A DNA stretch of 64,000 nt, from assembly GCA_045545475.1 (NCBI GenBank), contig JAZQAZ010000030.1:32001-96000 (forward strand). The letters are read 5' to 3'. The translations under genes and the position numbers were made by a program. This stretch comes from Clostridia bacterium (GTDB lineage: Bacteria; Bacillota; Clostridia; CAKSNL01; HGM11501). Of this stretch, positions 50,085 through 58,494 are shown piece after piece. The notes below the pieces were generated by a model. It did not search any database, was not told the origin of the DNA, and saw only the letters and a program-made list of their open reading frames with translations. Positions within the stretch are counted from its first letter, which is position 1; every line of letters starts with the position of its first letter.

Positions 50085-50981
50085 TTGGAGATGAAAAAAT
50101 TAGTATTTGCACGTTTTATAATCTATGTTGCATGGATCATCCCCACAATCCTTATGCTACTATTACTAACACTATTCGATCAGAAGTATCAGTTAGATAT
50201 GGAAGCTTTCTATTCTCTTACAGTTCGTCTGTCAATAGCCTTAGTTTCTGTATTATATTTTTTTATGGGGAAAAAGTATTATGATGTAAATCTCAAAAAG
50301 CTTTTACTTATTTTTTCTATATGGTCCATAATAATATCTTTGTCAGTGCTTCTTACCAGTCAACCCCTGCTCCTATTCTTAAGCGGTGCACTTTATTGTT
50401 ATACTAACTTAATTCCGGTGACATTTCCGATAACATCTCCTGCGCTGTGCCTTATACTTGGATTTGCTTTCGAGATGATTATCCTTATGAGCGGAATAAT
50501 ATACGGCAGACTTTCCAACAAATACAGCAATCGTCCATTTTTTACTTATTACAAAATATCTGCTTTGTTATTGTGGTTTATCTCTATGCTCTTTTTCTAC
50601 TCAATAACTCTTATTTTCTTAAAAATCCCCTATACAGTACTTAAACAAAACATCGCACTTGAATCAGGACGTATAATTTCAGGTGCTCTTTGTTGCCTTT
50701 GGTACTTTTTTGCCGGAATAAAAACCTCAAAGGGCAATTTATTGAAAACCCTTTCAGCCATTTCTCTATGGAACGTACTTGCTGTAATATTAAGATTTGT
50801 AAGCACCTCCTTTATCCCCCTTTATCTCAGCGGAGGCTATATATCCATTTTGAGTGCTGTATCAGTGTTTACCGACTCAAAGCCCATAATTTATCTATCA
50901 GCTTTTGCAGTAGAACTCGCCTTAATTTCATCAGGTGTACTTTTAAGGCGGCATCTTGATAAAAAGAAAAAAATAATTTAA
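50085..50981 (+). CDS. Multipass membrane protein, two-module member of the array family
   Basis: Starts MKKLVFAR. Second module nearly identical to that of 46629..47573; first module diverged. Confidence 0.75.
   Translation: MEMKKLVFARFIIYVAWIIPTILMLLLLTLFDQKYQLDMEAFYSLTVRLSIALVSVLYFFMGKKYYDVNLKKLLLIFSIWSIIISLSVLLTSQPLLLFLSGALYCYTNLIPVTFPITSPALCLILGFAFEMIILMSGIIYGRLSNKYSNRPFFTYYKISALLLWFISMLFFYSITLIFLKIPYTVLKQNIALESGRIISGALCCLWYFFAGIKTSKGNLLKTLSAISLWNVLAVILRFVSTSFIPLYLSGGYISILSAVSVFTDSKPIIYLSAFAVELALISSGVLLRRHLDKKKKII
50581..50969 (+). repeat. 389-bp direct repeat, copy 2
   Basis: Matches 47122-47510. Confidence 0.92.
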
Positions 50982-50992
50982 GGAGAATTATC

Positions 50993-53194
50993 ATGAAACA
51001 AAATGAAGTTTTTGCTTCCGCCCTGTGGATTGGAAGCAACGATGATAATACCGATGCTTTTTACATACTCCGCGGAAAATTTTCTGTTTCAGAGGTTAAA
51101 AAGGCGACTTTACGCGTTTTAGGACTTGGCTTTTTCCATTGCTACATAAACGGACACCGGGTGGGTGATGATTTGTTTTTACCCCTCACTACGGACTATG
51201 AGCCCCGAAAAAACTTTCCGTCAGGCGAAATTTTATCGGGGCACAGAATTTATGTTCCCGAATATGACATAACCGATATGCTATGTGACGGCGAAAACGT
51301 AATCGCCATACATTTTGGCGGAGGCTGGTATACCTTTAATCATCCAATAGAAAACTTTAAAGATTCCGATATGCGATTCGGTGCACCCAAGGCTATATGG
51401 CGCATTTTCGGGGACGATGAAAACGGAAGCTTTGAAGCAGTATCAAGCGAAGAAGACATTCTTCTTCCCGGCTTTATAAAAAATTATTTTTTTCCACGAA
51501 GGGAATATCAGGACTTTTCCTTAAGCTCGGAAGATGCCTTTTTGCCAAATTTTGACGATTCAGCTTTCCCGAAGGCGAAGGCCGTAACGCCGCCCGACAC
51601 CACTTATCATTTTACAAGCTGTCCCAAAGACAAGGTGTGTGAAATTTTGCACCCGGAAAAGATTGCCGAAAACGAAGAATATACCTTGTACGACTGCGGC
51701 AAGAACACAACCGGCTATCCCGTAATTGAAATTACCCATCCCGAAAAGCAGGCTGTAAAGTGCATTTTTTCCGAGGAATTGTCCGGCAGTGCACTTGACG
51801 AAGGCTTTTCCCACTGGCAGGAATTTACCGTTATTTCCGACGGCAAAAAGCGCCTTGTCCATCCCCTTTTCACCTGGTTTGGCTTCCGTTATTTCGCCAT
51901 TTACGGAAAGGCAGAATTAAAATGTGTGGAGGTTATTCACTCGGATGTTACCGTTACCGGCGAATTTGAGTCGGACAACGAAATGCTTAACAAAATAAAC
52001 GAGCTTTTTATAAACACACAGCTTACCAATATGCACGGCGGTATCCCTTCGGACTGCCCTCACTTGGAACGTCGTGGCTATACCGGAGACGGTCAGCTTT
52101 GCTGCCACGCCGCAATGACCTTGCTTTCCGCAAAAGACTTTTACAGAAAATGGATTTACGACATATTTGACTGTCAGGACACTTTGACGGGCCATGTTCA
52201 GTACACCGCACCATACACCCATTCGGGCGGAGGTCCCGGCGGCTGGGGTTGTGCTATAATTGAAGTTCCATACCGCTATTATCTCCATTATGGAGAAACC
52301 GATGTTCTCACAGAATGCTACCCCGGGGTAAAACGATATTTTGACTATCTTGAAAGCCACTCGGAAAACAATCTTGTAATAGCGGACAAGGAAGGCGAAT
52401 GGTGCTTAGGCGACTGGTGCACCCCCACCTCTGTCACACTTCCTGCCCCCTTTGTAAACAATTATTTTTACATAAAGAGCTTGTACCGTGCCATCGAAAT
52501 TGCAAAAATTATCGGAAGCGAAGCGGACATCCCCCTTTTCGAGGAAAGAATTGAGATACGCAAAAAGGCGATAAAAAATGCTTATTTCAACCCCTGGGAC
52601 GGAAATTTCCTGGGCGGAGTTCAGGGGGCAAACGCCTTTGCCCTTGATATAGGTCTGGGAGATCACAGAACTTATCCCAATCTCCTTTCCCGATATGAAA
52701 AAATGGGCGAATTTGACACGGGTATTTTCGGAACGGATATTTTGATAAGGCTTCTTTTCCAGCGTGGCAACGGAGACCTTGCCGTTAAAATGCTTACATC
52801 AGGCGGCGTTCACTCATTTTCCGAAATGATTAAAAGAGGGGCTACCACCATCTGGGAATACTGGCCCGAGTCGCTCCGTAACCGCTCCCACAACCATCCC
52901 ATGTTCGGTGCTGTTACGGCTTATCTTTACGATTATCTCTTAGGCATCCGCCAGAAAGAAGGCTCTGCAGGCTATGAAAGCCTTATAATCGCTCCAGTAT
53001 TGGCAGAAGGCGTAAACTCCCTTTCAGGAAAAAGAGTTCTTCCGAAGGGCGAGGTTTTTGTTTCCTACGAAAAAGCGGACGGTAAGATCTCATTTATAAT
53101 AACCATCCCCGAAAATCAGGAGGCAGAATTCATTTTAAGAGAAAGCAAAGTGTCCCTTTCAGCGGGCGAAAACAAAATTACACTTGATTTATAA
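50993..53194 (+). CDS. Alpha-L-rhamnosidase family protein (GH78)
   Basis: FTWFGFRY, IPSDCPHLERRGYTGDG, LGDW, GATTIWEYW and SHNHPMFG. Confidence 0.9.
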   Translation: MKQNEVFASALWIGSNDDNTDAFYILRGKFSVSEVKKATLRVLGLGFFHCYINGHRVGDDLFLPLTTDYEPRKNFPSGEILSGHRIYVPEYDITDMLCDGENVIAIHFGGGWYTFNHPIENFKDSDMRFGAPKAIWRIFGDDENGSFEAVSSEEDILLPGFIKNYFFPRREYQDFSLSSEDAFLPNFDDSAFPKAKAVTPPDTTYHFTSCPKDKVCEILHPEKIAENEEYTLYDCGKNTTGYPVIEITHPEKQAVKCIFSEELSGSALDEGFSHWQEFTVISDGKKRLVHPLFTWFGFRYFAIYGKAELKCVEVIHSDVTVTGEFESDNEMLNKINELFINTQLTNMHGGIPSDCPHLERRGYTGDGQLCCHAAMTLLSAKDFYRKWIYDIFDCQDTLTGHVQYTAPYTHSGGGPGGWGCAIIEVPYRYYLHYGETDVLTECYPGVKRYFDYLESHSENNLVIADKEGEWCLGDWCTPTSVTLPAPFVNNYFYIKSLYRAIEIAKIIGSEADIPLFEERIEIRKKAIKNAYFNPWDGNFLGGVQGANAFALDIGLGDHRTYPNLLSRYEKMGEFDTGIFGTDILIRLLFQRGNGDLAVKMLTSGGVHSFSEMIKRGATTIWEYWPESLRNRSHNHPMFGAVTAYLYDYLLGIRQKEGSAGYESLIIAPVLAEGVNSLSGKRVLPKGEVFVSYEKADGKISFIITIPENQEAEFILRESKVSLSAGENKITLDL

Positions 53195-53213
53195 AACTTT
53201 ACGAGGTACAGCT

Positions 53214-53939
53214 ATGTCAACTACACTTAAAACAAGAATTGAGAGCTATGACGTGACACCTTCCGGTCTTATGCGCCAGTCCACCATCTTCCGCCTTTGT
53301 CAGAGAGCTGCGGGAGACGACCTTGATAAGGTGGGCGGAAGCTTTGAAACCTTGGTTTCCCACGGCCTTACCTTTGTAATTACCAAAATGGAAATTACAT
53401 ATTTTGCCGATATTAAAACCTATGATGAAATTGAAATTATAACATACCCGAGAGGTGTTAAAGGCCCCTCCTTTATCCGTGACTACGACATACTTAAAAA
53501 TGGCGAGAGGGTTGCCTATGCTTCCTCCCACTGGGTTTTAATCGATATAGAAAAAAGAAAGTTCTGCCGCCCCTCGTCCCTTTCTTCAGTGTGTGAAATT
53601 ATCCCGGATATGGATAATTTATATGAAATGCCGATTAGAAAAATCCACCCCGACTTAAGCGAAATGGAAAAAGCGGATGAGCGAAAGGTATACTATTCAA
53701 ATATTGACAGAAACAACCATATGAATAATACCTTTTATCCCGACATTTTATTTGACTATCTCCCCGACAGCTATTTAGATACCCTGAAAGGCAAAACCGT
53801 AACCGTTCAGTACAGCTCGGAAATACTCTGCGGCGAGCACTTTACTGTTTATAAAAAGGAAGAAAACGGTGCTTTTACTCTCTCCGCAAGATGCGAAAAA
53901 GAGGCTAAGGACATTTTCTCAGCAATGATAACAATGTAA
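53214..53939 (+). CDS. Acyl-ACP thioesterase
   Basis: Double hotdog fold pattern; YSNIDRNNHMNN. ATG at 53214. Confidence 0.85.
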   Translation: MSTTLKTRIESYDVTPSGLMRQSTIFRLCQRAAGDDLDKVGGSFETLVSHGLTFVITKMEITYFADIKTYDEIEIITYPRGVKGPSFIRDYDILKNGERVAYASSHWVLIDIEKRKFCRPSSLSSVCEIIPDMDNLYEMPIRKIHPDLSEMEKADERKVYYSNIDRNNHMNNTFYPDILFDYLPDSYLDTLKGKTVTVQYSSEILCGEHFTVYKKEENGAFTLSARCEKEAKDIFSAMITM

Positions 53940-53958
53940 AAAGAAAGGTTGTGATTTT

Positions 53959-55008
53959 ATGAGTCTGGCAAAAATGCAGAAATTTGAATCAAGATCAATT
54001 TCTCCCGAAAACTTTACCGGTGAAAAGGGAAAAGGCGGAATGGCTTTGACGGGAACAGGCGAAAACGCCGCCCGTGATCTTGGTCAGGGCTGGAAGGTTT
54101 CCCCATATATAGTGATAAAGCCCGGCGAAACCTTTACCCTTGGTGCAATGGACGGTCCCGGCATAATAAAGCACATATGGATAACAGACAGCTGTCCCAA
54201 AAACAGAATGCTTGTTATAAGAATGTACTGGGACGGAAGCGATACACCCTCTGTCGAAGCGCCTCTGGGTGACTTTTTCGCATCTGCCGAATATCAGCGC
54301 TATGCTCCGCTTGCATCAATTCCCGTTTGCGTAAATCCCAAAAAGGGGCTTAACTGCTACTGGGATATGCCCTTTTATAAAAACTGCCGTATAACCCTTG
54401 AAAATCTTCACTCGGAAGATGTTTCTGTATATTATCAGATTGACTATGTTGTAGGCGACATCCCAGAGGACTACGGCTATTTCCACGCCCAGTTCAGACG
54501 CGTAAATCCCCTTCCCTACAAGGAATGCTACACAATCCTTGACAATGTATCAGGCAACGGTCACTATGTAGGTACATATATGTTCTGGGGCGTAAACAAC
54601 ACAGGCTGGTGGGGCGAAGGCGAAATCAAGTTTTATCTTGACGGCGACAAGGATTTCCCCACAATCTGCGGCACCGGCACAGAGGACTATTTCTGCGGCT
54701 CCTGGAACTTTGATATAGGCGGAAAATATCAGGAATTCTGCACCCCCTATTCAGGTATGCCCAAGGTTATAAGACCGGACGGGCTTTACAGCTCGCAGCA
54801 GCGTTTTTCACTTTACAGATGGCACATAAACGATCCTGTCTACTTTAAGAAGGATATAAAGGTTACCATTCAGGCTTTGGGCTGGAGAAGCAACAAGCGC
54901 TACCTTCCCCTTCAGGATGACATTTCATCCGTTGCCTTCTGGTATCAGGACAGCATTTGCAAAACCTTCCCGCCCTTCCCTTCAGTAGATGAGCTTGAAA
55001 TTATATAA
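53959..55008 (+). CDS. DUF2961 / glycoside hydrolase family 172 protein
   Basis: SRSISPENFTGEKGKGG, GPGIIKHIWIT, WWGEGE, GTGTEDYF and DDISSVAFWYQ. Confidence 0.9.
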   Translation: MSLAKMQKFESRSISPENFTGEKGKGGMALTGTGENAARDLGQGWKVSPYIVIKPGETFTLGAMDGPGIIKHIWITDSCPKNRMLVIRMYWDGSDTPSVEAPLGDFFASAEYQRYAPLASIPVCVNPKKGLNCYWDMPFYKNCRITLENLHSEDVSVYYQIDYVVGDIPEDYGYFHAQFRRVNPLPYKECYTILDNVSGNGHYVGTYMFWGVNNTGWWGEGEIKFYLDGDKDFPTICGTGTEDYFCGSWNFDIGGKYQEFCTPYSGMPKVIRPDGLYSSQQRFSLYRWHINDPVYFKKDIKVTIQALGWRSNKRYLPLQDDISSVAFWYQDSICKTFPPFPSVDELEII

Positions 55009-55035
55009 AAAAGTTGAGGCAATGCCTCAACTTTT
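55007..55035 (+). terminator. Intrinsic terminator (symmetric, potentially bidirectional)
   Basis: AAAAAGTTGAGGC-aat-GCCTCAACTTTTT. Confidence 0.85.
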
Positions 55036-55294
55036 TATTTTTTACCTCATCCGTAAAAACTGTTCGATATCCTTTAGAACCCTATTCATAAATAGGCTCA
55101 ATCACGCGGTTTTAAGCAGAGTTTGACCTTTTCATTCTATACCAAACGCGTGATAGTTATAAAATTCCTATACACAAATAACAAGTTTCGACAAAATTAT
55201 TGTCATTTTACTCTTTCAGTGCTATAATAGAGATAATCATCAGTTATTCGCGAAATTTACAAACGCTGTTTTGAAAATATAAAATAGGAGGTAT

Positions 55295-55390
55295 ATGATG
55301 ATGAAGAAAACATTTAAGACTTTTTTGTATATTTTGTTGGCAATCGTAGCCTTTATCATAATTAGAGCTATGATAATCACAATCTTTTGA
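55295..55390 (+). CDS. Small single-TM peptide (29-31 aa)
   Basis: AGGAGG RBS, then MMMKKTFKTFLYILLAIVAFIIIRAMIITIF-stop; below the ORF-track cutoff. Confidence 0.55.
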   Translation: MMMKKTFKTFLYILLAIVAFIIIRAMIITIF

Positions 55391-55407
55391 TAAGAAGGAG
55401 AATCGTT

Positions 55408-56148
55408 ATGGAAACAAAAGTAGAAGAAAAAACAGAAGAAAAGGTTGTTGAACACAAGGACACATCCAAAGGAGGAAGCATTTCAATCAAAATCAAATAT
55501 AAAACTCTTCTTATACTCTCTATACCTTTGATATTTTTTATTATCGGATTTGTATCGGGATTTAAGATAAATAATCGCTCAATCATCGATCCTGACTCGG
55601 CAATTGTTGACAATGAGATAATCAATATCACTCCAGACATCGATGTCACATATTTAAATACTGCTTTAAAAGAAGCAAGCGAGTTAACCACAGCAAAACT
55701 AAAAATCAATGGTTTAGTGGATTTCAAAGACACGGGTATTATCATCTTAAACAAATCTGATTTCACAATGAAATATACTGCAGATATAAGTGCTGGTATA
55801 GATATGTCAAAGGTCGAAATTAAAAATGACGATATAGACCATGAAAATAAGAAAATAATTGTAGAGATTCCAAAAGCCATTGTATTCAAACCAAATGTTT
55901 ATCATGGCGATAAATACATAAAATTCTATGACGAAGAATTTGCTTTATTTAATGTCAATGAGAAAGAAGACCTTTCACGAGCATTAGCAATGGCAGAGAA
56001 AGATGCTGAAAATGAAGCCGTAGAAAATGGATTACTTGAATTAGCAGACAAGCAATCAGAAACATTAATAAAAGGTATTCTTTCAGATGCGGTAAGTCAA
56101 TTCGGATATACCATAGAAATCAAATATATTGACAAGGAGAAAAAGTGA
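55408..56148 (+). CDS. DUF4230 domain membrane-anchored protein
   Basis: One TM segment, SELTT, AGIDMSKV, I-x-VEIPKA and GLLE-x-A-x-x-x-SE-x-LI. ATG at 55408. Confidence 0.75.
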   Translation: METKVEEKTEEKVVEHKDTSKGGSISIKIKYKTLLILSIPLIFFIIGFVSGFKINNRSIIDPDSAIVDNEIINITPDIDVTYLNTALKEASELTTAKLKINGLVDFKDTGIIILNKSDFTMKYTADISAGIDMSKVEIKNDDIDHENKKIIVEIPKAIVFKPNVYHGDKYIKFYDEEFALFNVNEKEDLSRALAMAEKDAENEAVENGLLELADKQSETLIKGILSDAVSQFGYTIEIKYIDKEKK

Positions 56149-56333
56149 TGCCAAAATCCAAATGGATATCATTCTTCCTATGCCTGTTCTTAGGCTACTT
56201 AGGAATACATAAGTTCTACGAAGACAGAATTTTATTAGGCGTCTTATATATATGTACAGGCGGATTATTTGGTATTGGTGTTATAGTAGATTTAATAATA
56301 CTGCTTTTTAAGCCGAATCCGTATTATCCGTAA
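56145..56333 (+). CDS. TM2 domain protein
   Basis: KSKWISFFLCLFLGYLGIHKFY...GVLYICTGGLFGIG...D. Confidence 0.9.
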   Translation: MMPKSKWISFFLCLFLGYLGIHKFYEDRILLGVLYICTGGLFGIGVIVDLIILLFKPNPYYP

Positions 56334-56346
56334 AAGCACATATAAT

Positions 56347-56389
56347 AAAATGAGTGTAACTTGCTTGAGAGCAAGTCACACTCATTTTT
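56347..56389. terminator. Bidirectional intrinsic terminator
   Basis: AAAATGAGTGTAACTTGCT-tgag-AGCAAGTCACACTCATTTTT. Confidence 0.75.
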
Positions 56390-58325
56390 ATTTTACAAGA
56401 TTTATTACAGCTGCTTTATATCCCGGAAGTCCATCTATTATCACCTTGTTACCTTCTAAACTTGCCGAAACGCCGATGGCTTCAACCTTTGAATATTCGC
56501 CGTCCAGGAGTATTTCAGAATCAATTATCTCATCCGTATTCATATTAAAGAGAGCAACGGAAAGCTCTTTTTCGTCCTTACTTTTTGCCTGAATGGTATA
56601 AAGATAGGGATTTTTAAGGCAGCAGGCAGGAATCTTTTTTCCGCAAAGCTCCTCTATCACTTTATAAAGCTGTGCCTGACGGTAGTAATTTTTGGAATAG
56701 TTTACATTATCTCCCGATGAAAACCCCCAAAGGCTCGAAAGGGCGTTATAGCAAAGCACATAGTATTTTATACCGTCTTCGCCACTATATATATAGCTTC
56801 CCGGAGTGTCATCCGGCATAAATTTTGTTAATACTTTCGCTTCCTTCCTGCATTCTACCTTGCAGGTTGAAACCTTTTTAAGGCCCGTTATGGTGTCTTT
56901 TGCTTCGGGATAGTATTCGCCTTCAAAGCCTCTTCCCTCATAGCTTATAAGACCTGTATCAAAACCTCGCTCATTTAGCCTTAAAGCACCCTGAATGTCC
57001 ACAATAACTCCGTTTTTCATATCCTCTTTCTTTATATAACGTGCATTTTCCCCAAAGGCAACAATCGGGTAGTCACTACCTTCAAAGACTGTGGGAATGC
57101 CGTTTTCCGCAAAGAAACGACCGCCTGAGGTAAAGCTCATTTTTTCAAAATTTCCGTGGCAGAAAAAGTCAGGAGCCATTTTTGATATGTCAAAGGCGGC
57201 AACCTGATGCATTTCTTCAAAAATGCTTACGCCCACACATTTTTTATCCTTGAAGAAACGCCTTATTCCTTCTCTCAGCGGATTATTTCTTGCGTGGCGT
57301 GCCACATAGCCCATTTCATAATTTACCGGTCTTGTATAGTCAAACATATATTTAAGGACACCATCTAAATCCCCCGATGTCATAAGCGCCAGGTCGAAAA
57401 GCTCAAGATTGGCAGAACCGCACTTGTCCGTGTATCTGGGACGTGGGTAAACATCGCCCTCGGCAAATACCTCTATTCCCCCTTTCCTGCACCAGGAAGC
57501 CTGCATACGGGTGTTTTCTATCTGCGATGTAACACGGAGTGAATTGTTGTGATAAGGCGCTCCGAAGGTTCGTACGAATGGCTCGGTATTTCCTGCAAAC
57601 GCCCTTGAAAGCTCCATTACATCCGTACCGGAATAATCCCAGGTGTCCGGGGTTGTGCAAAAGCCCATTCTTATTTCAGGGTTCACCTTGTCAAGTGCCT
57701 TTCTCATTCTTCTTGCGAAATTCAGCATACTTTCACTCTGAACTTCCATCCAGAGCTTGCGGTTATTCTGATTTTCCCTTGAAAAGATGAAAGCTGCAAT
57801 TTCCTCTCTCGGTATAAACTTACCGATTTTTTCGGAAAACATTTTAAGATGATGATCACAGCAGCAAGCGGTATAAAGACTTCCCCTGAAATTAAGTCGG
57901 AAATCGTCGTCGAACATTATTATATCGGGACTTAATTTTCCAACCAGGGTAACCACTTTTTCAAAGTGAGTTAAAAACTTTTCAGAAAGCGGGCAAAAAA
58001 CGCCGTTTTTCACATCGCCGTTTGAATCTTTAATAAGGTCAAAATTATGAATCAGCCTTACTTCACCAAACTCGTAACTTAAGGTAGAGCCGTGACCGAT
58101 TGAGCCCATCCAGACGCCCACCTCAAAGCCTTCCTTTTTAAGCTTGTCTATGTAATAGGCTCCCTTTTCGGTGTCGGAAAAAAATTCGAAATTAGTCTGA
58201 GTGGGAGGATTAAGTCCGCACACGAAAACACGCTCTACCCCTGCCTTTTTAAACTCCTCTAAAAATATAGGGTAGCTATCTTCATTTAAGGTGCCGATAC
58301 TTACCGGCACTGCAATCTTATACAC
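56388..58325 (-). CDS. Uncharacterised protein, possible glycoside hydrolase (TIM-barrel type)
   Basis: CPLS-x-x-F, IMFDDDFRL, CCCDHH and EGDVYPRPRY pattern. Probable GTG start at 58325. Confidence 0.55.
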   Translation of the reverse strand: MYKIAVPVSIGTLNEDSYPIFLEEFKKAGVERVFVCGLNPPTQTNFEFFSDTEKGAYYIDKLKKEGFEVGVWMGSIGHGSTLSYEFGEVRLIHNFDLIKDSNGDVKNGVFCPLSEKFLTHFEKVVTLVGKLSPDIIMFDDDFRLNFRGSLYTACCCDHHLKMFSEKIGKFIPREEIAAFIFSRENQNNRKLWMEVQSESMLNFARRMRKALDKVNPEIRMGFCTTPDTWDYSGTDVMELSRAFAGNTEPFVRTFGAPYHNNSLRVTSQIENTRMQASWCRKGGIEVFAEGDVYPRPRYTDKCGSANLELFDLALMTSGDLDGVLKYMFDYTRPVNYEMGYVARHARNNPLREGIRRFFKDKKCVGVSIFEEMHQVAAFDISKMAPDFFCHGNFEKMSFTSGGRFFAENGIPTVFEGSDYPIVAFGENARYIKKEDMKNGVIVDIQGALRLNERGFDTGLISYEGRGFEGEYYPEAKDTITGLKKVSTCKVECRKEAKVLTKFMPDDTPGSYIYSGEDGIKYYVLCYNALSSLWGFSSGDNVNYSKNYYRQAQLYKVIEELCGKKIPACCLKNPYLYTIQAKSKDEKELSVALFNMNTDEIIDSEILLDGEYSKVEAIGVSASLEGNKVIIDGLPGYKAAVINLVK

Positions 58326-58450
58326 AAAAACCACTCCTTTGCCATATATTAACATAGAAAAAAATCGGCGTCAAGGAATATACTGCTATTTTTTAGCACT
58401 ATATTACACCTTTACAAGAGATAGGAAAAATCTTCCGGGCAAAACATACA

Positions 58451-58482
58451 TTAAGCCGAGGAGTTTTGACTCCTCGGCTTAA
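58451..58482 (-). terminator. Hairpin downstream of the CBM32 gene
   Basis: TTAAGCCGAGGAGT-tttg-ACTCCTCGGCTTAA. Confidence 0.65.
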
Positions 58483-58494
58483 ATATGATTACAT

